DNA of 64,000 nt from Phycisphaerae bacterium (GCA_029260235.1 JAJDDP010000080.1:26922-90921); one strand, 5' to 3'; shown: positions 47,348 to 58,011, counted from the stretch's first letter. A program made the numbers and translations. Notes: generated by a model not told the origin, from the letters alone.

Positions 47348-48730
47348 ATGAAGGGCTTACTCACCTTATTGACGCTGGCCGGAGTTTGTGCGGGTGTTTT
47401 TGTGCTGGCCAACTTTCGGCGTGAATCGAGCGGCAAGTCGTTGTTGAATGTGGCAGAGGAAGTTGCCATCACCGTCAAGGTAGCCAATCCCGAGCACGGG
47501 GAGATCATTCGCTTGGTGCAGGCGCCGGGCGACGTGGAGGCTGTTCTGGAGGTGGACATCAGCTCCGAGATCGTCTCCAAAATTGTCGAGATGCCCATCG
47601 AGGAGGGCGACATCGTCAAGAAAGGCGATCTTCTCTGCCGGCTTGACGACAAGTACCTCTTGGCGGAGGTGGAATCTGGCGAAGCCCGGATTGCCGGAAT
47701 TCGGGCGGGCTTGGTCGATGCCGAAGCTGCCCTGGAAAAGGCCCAATGGGATTACTCGCGACAGCTCAGGCTGACGGAACTTGAAGCGACCTCCGACATC
47801 GAATTGCGGAACAACCTGATCTTGCAGCGCAAGGCGGGGGCTATGTTGGATGTCAAAAAGGCAGAGCTTGCCGCATCACAAGCGGGTTTGAAACGAATCA
47901 GCGAAGACTTGAAGAAGACCATCATCACATCGCCGATTGACGGCGTTGTCTCACAGCTCAGTGCCAAGCAGGGTGAGGTAGTCATCACCGGCACGATGAA
48001 CAACCCTGGCACGGTCATCATGACCATCAGTGATCTTTCCAAGATGCAGGTTCGCGTGCGCATCGACGAGATGGACGTGCCCATCGTCCTGGAAGGACAA
48101 AAGGGCCGCGTCTACTTGCAATCGGATCCCGATAAGCCGGTCCCGGGCCGCGTCATGCGGGTCGCCTGCAAAGGAACGAAACTGCAGGGCAGAGACGTGG
48201 TTACGTTTGAGGCGCTCTTGGAGGTACTCTCACCCGAAGCCCGGGTCATGCCTGGGATGACCGCAAACGTCGAGATCGAGGTCGCCAAACGCGAAGATGC
48301 CATCACCATTCCCGTCGAAGCCGTCGTGCATCGGATGAGGAAGGATTTGCCCGACGAAGTGGTCAAGTCATTCGACGCAAAACAAGCGACGCTGGACCTG
48401 TCCGAGCGTGCCAAGCAAGGGCAGTACATCAAGGTCGTCTACGTCATGGCCAACGAGTCAGCTGAGGTCCGCCTCATCGAAGCGGGCATTGCCGATACCC
48501 GCCGCGTTGAAATCAAGGAAGGCGTGAAGACGGAAGACCAGATCATCGTCGGCCCGTACCGCAGCCTGGATCAACTCAAGGAGGGCAAGAAGGTCGCCCT
48601 GGCGGAGGACGAGAAGAAGGAGGCTGATCCAAGCGATTCGGCCGAAGAAGCCGTAGCTAGTGATGACCAAGATTCGACTGACAAAGATCAGAACGAAGAG
48701 GCTACCTTGGCTGCGAGTTCGGCGCCGTGA
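47348..48730 (+). CDS. HlyD/MacA-type periplasmic adaptor (membrane fusion protein)
   Basis: N-terminal TM segment, lipoyl-like motifs ([12 protein letters not shown]; [12 protein letters not shown]), a coiled-coil hairpin and a beta-barrel. The acidic C-terminal tail is unusual. Confidence 0.85.
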   Translation: MKGLLTLLTLAGVCAGVFVLANFRRESSGKSLLNVAEEVAITVKVANPEHGEIIRLVQAPGDVEAVLEVDISSEIVSKIVEMPIEEGDIVKKGDLLCRLDDKYLLAEVESGEARIAGIRAGLVDAEAALEKAQWDYSRQLRLTELEATSDIELRNNLILQRKAGAMLDVKKAELAASQAGLKRISEDLKKTIITSPIDGVVSQLSAKQGEVVITGTMNNPGTVIMTISDLSKMQVRVRIDEMDVPIVLEGQKGRVYLQSDPDKPVPGRVMRVACKGTKLQGRDVVTFEALLEVLSPEARVMPGMTANVEIEVAKREDAITIPVEAVVHRMRKDLPDEVVKSFDAKQATLDLSERAKQGQYIKVVYVMANESAEVRLIEAGIADTRRVEIKEGVKTEDQIIVGPYRSLDQLKEGKKVALAEDEKKEADPSDSAEEAVASDDQDSTDKDQNEEATLAASSAP

Positions 48731-49464
48731 GTGACGACAACGCCCATCTAATCCGGCTGGTCGATCTGGAAAAAGTGTACCGGATCGGAACTGAACTGGT
48801 GCATGCCCTGCGCGGTGTCTCGCTGGACATCGCCGAGAACGAGTTCATGGCCATCATGGGCCCGAGCGGTTCTGGCAAGAGCACCCTGATGAACATCCTG
48901 GGCTGCTTGGATGTGCCCACAGCCGGCAAGTATTGCCTTCGCGGGCAGGATGTCTCCCAACTGTCTCAGTCAAAGTTGGCCAAAATCCGGGGATGGCAGA
49001 TCGGCTTTGTCTTTCAGACCTTCGAGCTTCTTCCGCGAACGACCGCCCTTAAGAACGTGCAACTCCCGCTCATGTATGCCCAAGTACCGCGTAAGAAGCA
49101 GCGGGCGATGGCTGCCTTGGATCGCGTCAGTTTGAGCGACCGGGCATCACACCGACCGAATCAGCTGTCGGGTGGGCAGAAGCAACGCGTGGCCATCGCT
49201 CGGGCGCTAGTGCAAGAGCCAGCCATCATCCTGGCCGACGAACCTACCGGAAACCTGGACAGTCAGACCGGCGACGAGATCATGGCTATCTTCGGTTCTC
49301 TGCATGCCGAAGGCCAAACCATCATCATCGTCACCCACGAAGAGGAGATCGCCGCCCGTTGCAAGCGGGTGATTCGACTTCGGGATGGGCTAATTGTGTC
49401 TGACATCCGCACCGAGAATCCAACAGCACCCAAGCCCGAAGCGGCCGTTGTAGGTAGCCCATGA
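48727..49464 (+). CDS. ABC transporter ATP-binding protein (MacB/LolD type)
   Basis: Walker [10 protein letters not shown], signature [15 protein letters not shown], Walker [12 protein letters not shown]. The GTGA overlap with the adaptor gene suggests translational coupling. Confidence 0.9.
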   Translation: MSDDNAHLIRLVDLEKVYRIGTELVHALRGVSLDIAENEFMAIMGPSGSGKSTLMNILGCLDVPTAGKYCLRGQDVSQLSQSKLAKIRGWQIGFVFQTFELLPRTTALKNVQLPLMYAQVPRKKQRAMAALDRVSLSDRASHRPNQLSGGQKQRVAIARALVQEPAIILADEPTGNLDSQTGDEIMAIFGSLHAEGQTIIIVTHEEEIAARCKRVIRLRDGLIVSDIRTENPTAPKPEAAVVGSP

Positions 49465-50738
49465 TCCGCTTCTTGATCCATCTTCCCAAGAGAATCTGGC
49501 TGTTCTTGATAGGCGCGGTGCTGAGCAGCCTGCAGAACATCATGACGGCCTTCGTTCAGATCGCCGCCAACAAGGGACGCTCAATTCTGACGACCTTAGG
49601 GATCATCATTGCGGTGACATCCACCATCAGCGTTGTGTCGGTGGTTCAGGGTTTTGGAAATTACATGACCCAGATGGTGCGTGGCTACGGCACCCAATTC
49701 ATGATCGTCCATCCGTACAACCCGTCAGGCCGCCATGGCTTTGGAGGCAACAATGCCAAGCTGAACATGGCTGACATCCGCGCCGTCCGGCAGGCATGCT
49801 CGGCGATCAAGCGCCTGACGCCGTTCATATACACCAACAATGCAAAACTCAGCTACGGGCAGGTCATCGCCGAAGACGTCCCCGTTCGAGGCGTCACTGA
49901 ATCCTATCAAACCATCCGCCACTTTTTCGTCGATTCGGGCCGCTTCTTTGGCCCGGTCGATGTGCAGAATGGTGCTCAAGTGGTTGTTCTGGGACGGACG
50001 CTGCTCAAGCTGCTCGAGTGCGATGACTCCATCGTGGGCGACAACATCGACATCGACGGACGCCGCTTCGTGGTCAGCGGCATTCTTGAGTCAAAAGGCA
50101 GCCTGATGGGCGAGGATCAGGACAAGACGGTGATGATCCCCTACACCACGGCCCTAAACCTCTATCCAGAGTTGCGAGAAAGCGTCCCCTTTCTCTTGGA
50201 GGCCAACAGCGAAGAGGACATCGGCCTAGCCGCATCTCAGCTTACCCGCGTGCTGCGTCGCCGCCACGGGCTAAAGCCAGGCCAACCCGACGACTTCTTG
50301 ATCCAGCGCCAGGACCAAATGCTCAAAGAGTTCGAGAATCTGCGTAACGCTGCCTCGGGCGTCTTGGCTGGCATCGTGGGCATCTCCCTGTTGGTGGGCG
50401 GCATCGGCATCATGAACATGATGTTGGTCTCAGTAAGTGAACGTACCCGCGAGATCGGCCTGAGAAAGAGTGTGGGCGGGCGGCGTCGTGACATCTTGCT
50501 TCAATTCCTTACCGAAGCGGTTGTGCTCTGTACCGTTGGCGGCGTCATCGGGGTGTTCTTTGGCTATGTGATGATGACCATCGCCTCGATGCACCCCAAG
50601 ATGGTCGATGTGTCAGTCCCCTTGTGGTCGGTCGCCTTGGCCTTGGCGTTCGCCGCTTGCACGGGCGTGTTCTTTGGAATTGTCCCAGCCTTCAAGGCTG
50701 CACTGTTGAACCCGATTGAGGCCTTGCGCCACGAATAA
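49461..50738 (+). CDS. FtsX/MacB-type ABC permease (copy 1)
   Basis: 425 aa. MacB_PCD-like periplasmic domain between TM1 and TM2. C-terminal FtsX block: [41 protein letters not shown] overlap with the ATPase gene. Confidence 0.85.
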   Translation: MIRFLIHLPKRIWLFLIGAVLSSLQNIMTAFVQIAANKGRSILTTLGIIIAVTSTISVVSVVQGFGNYMTQMVRGYGTQFMIVHPYNPSGRHGFGGNNAKLNMADIRAVRQACSAIKRLTPFIYTNNAKLSYGQVIAEDVPVRGVTESYQTIRHFFVDSGRFFGPVDVQNGAQVVVLGRTLLKLLECDDSIVGDNIDIDGRRFVVSGILESKGSLMGEDQDKTVMIPYTTALNLYPELRESVPFLLEANSEEDIGLAASQLTRVLRRRHGLKPGQPDDFLIQRQDQMLKEFENLRNAASGVLAGIVGISLLVGGIGIMNMMLVSVSERTREIGLRKSVGGRRRDILLQFLTEAVVLCTVGGVIGVFFGYVMMTIASMHPKMVDVSVPLWSVALALAFAACTGVFFGIVPAFKAALLNPIEALRHE

Positions 50739-50739
50739 G

Positions 50740-52086
50740 ATGAGCCAGCAGCCCTCGAACACCATCCCTATCCGTGGCCAACGCGATTTGGCAGCAGCAC
50801 GGCCTAACCTCTTGGTCCGGTTGATCCTGCTTCCCATCCGCCTGAGCGGACTCTTGGCAAACTTTGGCCAAAGGCAGGCACAGAACATCCTCACCGCTAT
50901 GCTCCAAATATGGGCGAATAAAGCCCGATCGATCCTGACCACCTTGGGCGTCATTATCGCGGTTACTTCGACGATCACGGTGGTGTCCTTCGTTCAGGGC
51001 TTTGGCAACTACGTCACCGACATGCTTCGCGGCTTTGGCACCAACATGGTATTCGTGATTCCCCAAATCCCTTCCGGCTTGCATGGCCAATCGCTCATGG
51101 GGCGGGTGTTCATGGATATCGACGACGTGAATGCGGTGGGCGCCCGTTGCGACAAGATTCGTCGGATCACCCCCATCCTGTTCACCCAAGCGACCATCGA
51201 ATACGGGCGCGAGAAAGCCGAAGACGTCGACCTCCGCGGCGCCAACGAAGAGTTCCAGACCATCCGGAAGTTCTATGTCGATCAAGGGCGATTCTTCAAT
51301 CCCATCGATGTCGATAACGGAAATCACGTCTGCGCCTTGGGCCGAGGTGTACTGAAACTTCTCGGAGCCGACGAGAAAATCGTCGGGGACTACGTCTTCC
51401 TCAATCAGATCCGCTTCCGAGTCGTGGGGCTTCTAGAAGCAAAAGGGAGCATGATGGGCGAGGAGCAAGACGAGGTCATCCTCATTCCCTACACCACAGC
51501 CGTCAAATTACAGCCCTTCCTGCGACGATTCATGCCCTTCGTGATCGAAGCAACCAGCGAAGAAGATGTGGAAGAAGCGTCCCTGCAAATGACCCGTGTG
51601 CTGCGCGAACGCCATGGAATCGACCCGGGCGAACCCAACGATTTTCGGATTCTACGTCAGGATGAGTTTCTACGGGATTTTGAAAGAGTGAAGACCATCG
51701 CCACCAGCGTATTGGCAGGCCTGGTAGGAATTTCACTGATCGTCGGCGGTATCGGCATCATGAACGTGATGCTGGTTTCGGTGTCCGAGCGCACCCGAGA
51801 GATAGGCCTGCGCAAAGCGGTGGGCGGTCGTCGCCGTGACATTCTGCTTCAATTCCTCGCAGAAGCGATGGCCCTTTCTCTGGTCGGTGGGACGGTGGGG
51901 ATCGGCTTTGGGTATGCGATCTGCGCTATTGCTTCCAAGAGTCCAGACATGGTCGATGTCCCAGTGCCCGTTTGGGTGGTCGCGTTGGCCCTTGGGTTCT
52001 CTGCCGGCGTCGGGATCATTTTCGGCATCATCCCTGCCTTCAAAGCGGCCATTCTCAACCCGATTGAAGCCCTGCGACACGAGTAG
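50740..52086 (+). CDS. FtsX/MacB-type ABC permease (copy 2, tandem paralogue)
   Basis: ATG at 50740, 2 nt after the stop of copy 1. Same architecture and near-identical blocks: [37 protein letters not shown]. Confidence 0.85.
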   Translation: MSQQPSNTIPIRGQRDLAAARPNLLVRLILLPIRLSGLLANFGQRQAQNILTAMLQIWANKARSILTTLGVIIAVTSTITVVSFVQGFGNYVTDMLRGFGTNMVFVIPQIPSGLHGQSLMGRVFMDIDDVNAVGARCDKIRRITPILFTQATIEYGREKAEDVDLRGANEEFQTIRKFYVDQGRFFNPIDVDNGNHVCALGRGVLKLLGADEKIVGDYVFLNQIRFRVVGLLEAKGSMMGEEQDEVILIPYTTAVKLQPFLRRFMPFVIEATSEEDVEEASLQMTRVLRERHGIDPGEPNDFRILRQDEFLRDFERVKTIATSVLAGLVGISLIVGGIGIMNVMLVSVSERTREIGLRKAVGGRRRDILLQFLAEAMALSLVGGTVGIGFGYAICAIASKSPDMVDVPVPVWVVALALGFSAGVGIIFGIIPAFKAAILNPIEALRHE

Positions 52087-52272
52087 GCGAAGCGCCATCC
52101 AATCCTCAGACCTTGTTATCCCCCGCATTATCGGCCAGCTGATTATCGCTCGAAACAAGTGGCGATGAATCGCGTTTGGGCCGAGAACTAACAATGGAGA
52201 ATCGACTGCAGCATAAGGAGTGGATGGTTTATCTCGGGCAACCAAGCTGTCTCTTACTTACGAGGTCTTGTG

Positions 52273-52398
52273 ATGCCATATCACCGAAAACGAAGCCGAT
52301 TACCCTTGTACTGGGCGTTCGCAATCGTCACTTCCGTCGCGTCAGGTGCTCTGATGTTGCTGGGGCTGCTCGATGAGAATATGATCGGCAAAGTCTGA
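52273..52398 (+). CDS. Candidate small single-TM protein (41 aa)
   Basis: Below the ORF-track size cutoff. GAGG lies 7 nt upstream of the ATG. Sequence MPYHRKRSRLPLYWAFAIVTSVASGALMLLGLLDENMIGKV has a basic N-terminus followed by one hydrophobic helix. Confidence 0.25.
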   Translation: MPYHRKRSRLPLYWAFAIVTSVASGALMLLGLLDENMIGKV

Positions 52399-52477
52399 GC
52401 GGTCGCCGGTCAGCCATCGAGTATCGAGCATCGAAGCACAAGTTTTTGCAGCGGCTGGTCCCTGCCGAGCCCCTCGA

Positions 52478-53038
52478 CTACCGGCGTCTAAGTCTTGCTC
52501 TGCCGCAGGTTAACCCCCCGACAACCAGTAGAGCCATCGAACTTGGCTCCGGGACGCTGCCAACTTCCCCCGCATAATTGGTGGGCGAAGCCGCAATCGG
52601 ATTGCCCAAGCCATCCAACGCGTTCACGCCGTCCGTCGGCAGCCCCGTATAGTCGAGTAGGTCCGCAAGGGCGAAATCCACTTGTCCAGCTGGGGCGAAG
52701 AGAAAACCATCGGAAATTGTGAAATCAGGTGTCACCCCTCCTGGCAGGCTTGCGAAGGCTGACGTCGCCAACAACAAATGATGATTGGCGGTCGGTGACG
52801 GCGTGTCCGATGGGAAGACAAAGGAATTTGTCGAACCGCCAAGCGTCGAGTTGATGGTCCTGCCATTGGTGAACTGCTGGCTGTTGGATGTGGTGAACAG
52901 CTCAACGTATTGAACCGTGCCATCAGCGTTCGAGTATATCTCGTTGATGTCCCAAAGATGGAAGGAGCCCTGGGCAGTCGATGCCGCACCCAAGATTCCA
53001 ATCAAACCGATACCGATGCCTGCAAATCGTGCCTTCAT
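52478..53038 (-). CDS. PEP-CTERM-anchored secreted protein
   Basis: Signal peptide (MKARFAGIGIGLIGILGAASTAQG). C-terminal sorting signal VPEPSSMALLVVGGLTCGRARLRRR. Confidence 0.75.
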   Translation of the reverse strand: MKARFAGIGIGLIGILGAASTAQGSFHLWDINEIYSNADGTVQYVELFTTSNSQQFTNGRTINSTLGGSTNSFVFPSDTPSPTANHHLLLATSAFASLPGGVTPDFTISDGFLFAPAGQVDFALADLLDYTGLPTDGVNALDGLGNPIAASPTNYAGEVGSVPEPSSMALLVVGGLTCGRARLRRR

Positions 53039-53206
53039 TTCCCGTTCCTATTCTTGATCGCTTCTCTTAACAGCCCAAAAGCCAGCCCGACACCCTGATA
53101 ATGCGATGCCAATCGGTTTTGATTGCAAGAATCAAGAATAAATAAGGCTAGAGCGGTTCCAAGCGCCAAGAAAGCCCATTGGGAGGGTATCAAGCCACCA
53201 TCAATC

Positions 53207-54103
53207 TCAGGACTCTGGCGATGCAGGCGTGCTTGATACAACCGGGGTAGCCACGATCTCGTTTACCTCGACCGGTGCCGTATCGAGGGTCATCATCGGG
53301 CCACCATCGGTCAGTTGGTCGATGCGGGTTACCGCGAAGCTGACATTCGATTTGTTATCAGTTTCTGATTCGAGAACTTTTCGATACAACTCCAACGCCT
53401 TAGCCCGGTCGTGCAGCCGGAAATCGTACACGACCGCTGCCTGAAAACGAGCGGGGTGGGGCGTGTCTGGATTCCAGGCAAAGGCCCGTTCATACCACTT
53501 GACTGCGATCGGCTCTTGATCCTTGAGATACTCCTTATGGATCTCGCCGCACCAAAAGGCTGCGTCGTCGATCTTGTCGCTGCCGGGATACTTGGTGATC
53601 AAATCGGTGAACACCCGAACCGCAGCCAGCATCTTGTCAGCCCGGTATAGTGCCGGCGTTCCATGGCCACCCTCACGCATCCACTTCAACCCCTGCTCGT
53701 ACAAGTTGTCGGCGGCCGCGATGGACTCCGCGGGCACGAGGTGCTGCGCAGGAATCTCGGCGCTCAATACATACCTGAACGGCTGAACATGCTGAAGCTG
53801 GCCCAGCTCCACCTCAGCCCATCGACGCTTCTGTTCGTAGCCGTGTTCACCATAAAAGGTTTGCAAAGCCCGAAGCGTCCGGTGGTACATCGCTCGATGA
53901 ACAAGCAACTCCTCCACCAGATCAACTTCTGCCGCATCGGCAATTTGAATGTCCGGGAGGGTCATCCCTTCAGGTGAAGCGGGATCGACCGTAGGCCCCT
54001 CAGCGTTCTGGCGATCACCCCAGAGTGGATCGGTATTGCACGCCGTGCAGATGGTCAAAGACAGCAACACAAGACCAATAGAATAGGAATCCAGCTTCTT
54101 CAT
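53207..54103 (-). CDS. Lipoprotein with TPR-like helical repeats
   Basis: Lipobox LTICTAC. The helical-repeat region has W/Y-rich pairs (AAFWCGEIHKEY...AVKWYERAF...RFQAAVVYDF...ALELYRKVL). Function unknown. Confidence 0.5.
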   Translation of the reverse strand: MKKLDSYSIGLVLLSLTICTACNTDPLWGDRQNAEGPTVDPASPEGMTLPDIQIADAAEVDLVEELLVHRAMYHRTLRALQTFYGEHGYEQKRRWAEVELGQLQHVQPFRYVLSAEIPAQHLVPAESIAAADNLYEQGLKWMREGGHGTPALYRADKMLAAVRVFTDLITKYPGSDKIDDAAFWCGEIHKEYLKDQEPIAVKWYERAFAWNPDTPHPARFQAAVVYDFRLHDRAKALELYRKVLESETDNKSNVSFAVTRIDQLTDGGPMMTLDTAPVEVNEIVATPVVSSTPASPES

Positions 54104-54866
54104 CGGGCCACTCCTTCGGCAACCAGGCGGGCAATCGCTTATCCAACACGACCGAGACTACCCACATTACATCTCGACAAGCGGCTGAGGTCAACCTCCT
54201 TGAGGCAAGGGCGAAACAAATCTTCAGCACGCCGTCCTAGCCAGTTGTCGCATTGTGCCCATCAACGCCCGAGTTGCCCCTTGTGAGTTTCCGCAATCTC
54301 ACAAGATCGCTCGACATTGACGCCAGATTGCAACTGCAGGCAGCGCACAGATATCAGGCCTGCAGCCGACTGTGGCCGCCACTCGCCGGGCGTTGCCTGC
54401 AGGGCAGCCGACACTCGTCAGCGAGTCCGCAAGAACAACATCGATCTGGCCCGGCAGGAACATCCAGATCCTACCCGTTGGACTCCGCAGCGATGATTTA
54501 GCCGTCCTCCAGCTTGACGGGGAAGTTGAGGTCGAGCGATACCAAAGGTTGGTCCTGTGAACCGCTAACGAGCGCCGATCGACGCTAATGCTCGCTGATT
54601 CGCGTTCATTGGCGGTTTCTCTTGCTGTGGCCCGTCGATACCTGCATCGATCCTATAGTTCCAAGCCGGCTTCACTTCCCCATTTTGTTGAAGAGCAGAA
54701 AGCCGTTCTTGCTAGACGCCCTTTGACCAACATCCAGAGAATCTGCTTCCAGAGGTCGCAAGATCGAGCGGTTTCCCTCGCAACGCCGGTGGCTTGGATG
54801 CATCCTTGGACGGCGCTGTGGGGTATGGTATCGCAGAGATTTCGGTTTGTTCATTGGAGATTGATC

Positions 54867-55145
54867 ATGCGTGTTCGTTCGGTTGCTCGATCGGTGTTAG
54901 TGCTTGCTGCGGTGGTCTTGATTTGTGGGGCTGTGCAGGCTGCCGGCCAGAAGTCGTCGCCGGGTGGTGCGGCTTACAAGGTCACAGCTTGGCCTGCCAA
55001 TGTGGCGGGGACGCCGTACTCGGAACTGTTCGAGACCTACCTCAACGAGATGGCTTCGCAGGGCTGGCTGCTGCATGACGACGTGTCCAGGAACGGAGCC
55101 GCTATGCTCGTGTTCACGCGCCGGCTATTGCCGCAGCAACCGTAG
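54867..55145 (+). CDS. Small secreted DUF4177-like protein
   Basis: 92 aa from the ATG at 54867. Signal peptide (VLVLAAVVLICGAVQAAG). The block YKV...LNEMASQGWLLHDD...MLVFTRR fits the DUF4177 pattern. Convergent 21-nt overlap with the ATPase gene end. Confidence 0.45.
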   Translation: MRVRSVARSVLVLAAVVLICGAVQAAGQKSSPGGAAYKVTAWPANVAGTPYSELFETYLNEMASQGWLLHDDVSRNGAAMLVFTRRLLPQQP

Positions 55146-57143
55146 GGCATTCAAGGCTACGAGTACGGTGCTGCCCTCATGCCCGATGACAGCCAAGGGT
55201 AGCGGAATGCCCATACTCAGCGTAGCGAATCCCAGAATGACGATCACGCCGAGGGCTAGAGTCAGATTCTGGCGAACGATGGCTGAGGTCTTGATCGCCT
55301 GTCGGTGCAACCATGCCACCTGCTCGATCCGGTCGCCAAGCAGCACCGCATCGGCTGCATCCAAGGCGACGTCGGCGCCGATGGAACCGATGGCAATACC
55401 GACATCCGCAGCCACCAAAGCTGGGGCGTCGTTGACGCCATCCCCTACCATGACCACACCGCCGTGCTCTTGTCGAAAGTCATGCAGGGCATCAAGCTTT
55501 TGTTCGGGAAGCAGATCGGCACGAAACCCATCCAGGCCTACCTGTTGGGCTATCATGGCGGCGGTCAGCTCGTGATCCCCAGTGAGCATTTCTATTCGGG
55601 TCATGCCCTGCCGACGTAGATCAGCGACGCATGACGAAGCCCCCGACCTAAGCGTGTCGGAGAACGCCAACACCGCCGGCCGAGAATCCACCATCAGCAC
55701 AGCCGCCGTTTGACCTGCTCTGCGGACGGCCTGTAGCTGCGATTCGCACCGAGTCCGCATTGCCCCCTCCAGTTTTTCGAGAGCAAGTCCAGGCTTGCCG
55801 ATCCAAACCTTCCTACCTTCAACCGATGCACTGATGCTCTGCCCCGGTACCGAACGAAAATCATCGGCTTGGGCGATGTCCATGCCTCGATCCTTGCCAG
55901 CCGATGTGACGGATTCTGCAAGCGGATGCGTGCTCAAAATTTCGACCGAAGCTGCTAATCGTAGGCATTGATCTGGAGTTAGGTCACCAATCGGCTCGAT
56001 GGCGGCGAGCCGAATTTGCCCGGTGGTCAATGTCCCTGTCTTATCGAACAGGGTGACCTTGGCATGAGCGAGCGTCTCAAGGTGAACGCCGCCCTTGACC
56101 AATATGCCCTGCCTGGCTGCAGCAGCAATGGAGGACAGGTAGGCCACCGGAGTCGCGATGATCAAGGCGCAAGGACTACCAACAATCAAGATGGCGATGC
56201 CGCGGCGAATCGCTTCTGCCCAGGCGAATCCTATCCAATAATGAGAAACTGGAACTACGAGCATTGAGAACAGAATCACCCCAATGGTGTAGGTCGGGCC
56301 TATGCGGTCGATCAAGCGCTCTGACTTAGCCTTGCGCTCCCGGGCTTGGGCGACCAATTCAACCACGCGGGCCAATACTGTCGCACCGGCCAACTTGGTG
56401 ACTTCGACGACCAATCGTCCATCTCTGTTGGCTGTCCCGGCGAAGACGTCGTCGGCCACCGTTTTTTCACGCGGCAATGGTTCTCCAGTGATCACCGATT
56501 CATCAACGGCTGATGCTCCTTCGACAACGCGTCCATCAAGCGGAACGCGATCTCCGGGCCTGATGAGAATGTGTTGCCCCAGGCCCACCTCTTTGAGGGC
56601 GACCGGTTTGGGCCCATCACTGGTCAGCACGAATGCATGACGCGGACTCAGTTTCCCAAGGCCCACCAAGGCGGACTGGCTGCGGTTGAGGGCATAGGTT
56701 TCCATGGCACCCGAAGCAGCGAACAACACCAAGAGCAACGCACCTTCCATGGCGCTACCGATCCAGGCAGCCAAGCCAGCCCCCAAGAGCATCAGCACGT
56801 CGATGTCGACGCGGAGTTCGCGCAGGGATGACCACACCGACGAGAGCGCCGGCAATCCGGCAATCGAAAAAGAGACCAATGTCAAGAGATCGACCAGCGC
56901 AGCTGGAGCCCCAGCCAACCGCGAGAAGTAAGCAGCAAGCAGGGCGAACCCGGCTGTGCAAGCACCGATGAGCGGCATGCGTTGATCAAGTGCCTGCGCA
57001 GAGGGCGTATAGAACAGGCTTGCCCTGCCCGCGTCAGCCTCGTACACCGGTTGATCAAGGAGAATAGGATTTAGTGCCCGCCGGTTGAGGGCCAGGGGGC
57101 GACGCGACGCTTCAACGGCTGCGACCGGAGTGGAAGATGTCAT
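55125..57143 (-). CDS. Heavy-metal P1B-type ATPase, P1B-4-like (SPC motif, no N-terminal metal-binding domain)
   Basis: DKTGTLT, MLTGDHE, GDGVNDAPAL, the transmembrane SPC motif (VGSPCALIIATP) and HEGSTVLVALNALR. The short N-terminus has no CxxC domain. Confidence 0.9.
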   Translation of the reverse strand: MTSSTPVAAVEASRRPLALNRRALNPILLDQPVYEADAGRASLFYTPSAQALDQRMPLIGACTAGFALLAAYFSRLAGAPAALVDLLTLVSFSIAGLPALSSVWSSLRELRVDIDVLMLLGAGLAAWIGSAMEGALLLVLFAASGAMETYALNRSQSALVGLGKLSPRHAFVLTSDGPKPVALKEVGLGQHILIRPGDRVPLDGRVVEGASAVDESVITGEPLPREKTVADDVFAGTANRDGRLVVEVTKLAGATVLARVVELVAQARERKAKSERLIDRIGPTYTIGVILFSMLVVPVSHYWIGFAWAEAIRRGIAILIVGSPCALIIATPVAYLSSIAAAARQGILVKGGVHLETLAHAKVTLFDKTGTLTTGQIRLAAIEPIGDLTPDQCLRLAASVEILSTHPLAESVTSAGKDRGMDIAQADDFRSVPGQSISASVEGRKVWIGKPGLALEKLEGAMRTRCESQLQAVRRAGQTAAVLMVDSRPAVLAFSDTLRSGASSCVADLRRQGMTRIEMLTGDHELTAAMIAQQVGLDGFRADLLPEQKLDALHDFRQEHGGVVMVGDGVNDAPALVAADVGIAIGSIGADVALDAADAVLLGDRIEQVAWLHRQAIKTSAIVRQNLTLALGVIVILGFATLSMGIPLPLAVIGHEGSTVLVALNALRLLRQ

Positions 57144-57149
57144 CAGCTG

Positions 57150-57974
57150 TCACCGAGTCCCTGCTACCAGCTGAGCCAGCAAGTGGACGAATCCACCGCT
57201 GACCCCACCGATGATTAGCCACCTTGCCATTGGCAGGAAGTATCGGCCGCTGCGAATTCCGTCGATCAGGGCAAGAGTCGCCAGCAGCCCCGCCCCACCA
57301 AGGATCATCCAGCCAGCCAGCAGATTCTCTCCCATAAAGCTGGCAGGTAGCGCCAGCGCCAAGGTACCTGCAATTGCTCCGCCTGCGCTGAGCAGACCGA
57401 CGGTGACTGGATGGTTGATTTGATGGAGAAAGAGTCCCAATTCCTCCTCCATCATCACTTTGAGCAGACGATCATCATCCGCACAGAGCGTATCGACAAT
57501 CTGCTCCAACAGCGGCTCCTTGAATCCCTTAGCCGCATACAAGATTCGGATTTCTTCGCGCTCGTGTTCGGGATCGTCCTTGATTTCTCGCCGCTCCCGA
57601 TCAAGCTCAGCCTCATAGTACCGAACTCGATTCAAGGCGCTGACGCCGGCGATCAAACCGGTCAACAGGCCGGCGCCAACCCCGACCACTGCGAGAAGGC
57701 CGCCAATTTCTTGATCGACGGAAAAATTGTGCAAAACAATCCACACGATTACGAGCAGTAAGATGGTGTCTCGGGCGCGGAGGATGGCTGTGTGTAGATC
57801 ATCGCTCCCGCTCAGGTGCGTCTCAGCACCCAAGATATGCAAGGCCCGTTGGCGTGCTTCGCCGACATGGTCAGCCATGTCGCCGACGGTTCCGGTCGTC
57901 CCAGGTTGCGCGTCTTGATCCATCGTATCCGTGCGATCCCTTGAGGCAGCGCCTTTGCTAGCCAGCGAAATCAT
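57150..57974 (-). CDS. VIT1/CCC1-family (Fe/Mn transporter-like) membrane protein
   Basis: The central acidic helical block YEAELDRERREIKDDPEHEREEIRILYAAKGF...MMEEELGL is typical of the VIT family. It is flanked by TM segments. The N-terminal region is atypical. Confidence 0.55.
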   Translation of the reverse strand: MISLASKGAASRDRTDTMDQDAQPGTTGTVGDMADHVGEARQRALHILGAETHLSGSDDLHTAILRARDTILLLVIVWIVLHNFSVDQEIGGLLAVVGVGAGLLTGLIAGVSALNRVRYYEAELDRERREIKDDPEHEREEIRILYAAKGFKEPLLEQIVDTLCADDDRLLKVMMEEELGLFLHQINHPVTVGLLSAGGAIAGTLALALPASFMGENLLAGWMILGGAGLLATLALIDGIRSGRYFLPMARWLIIGGVSGGFVHLLAQLVAGTR

Positions 57975-58011
57975 CTACTTTTCGGTGTGGTTTGTCCAAC
58001 AAGCCGAAGGG

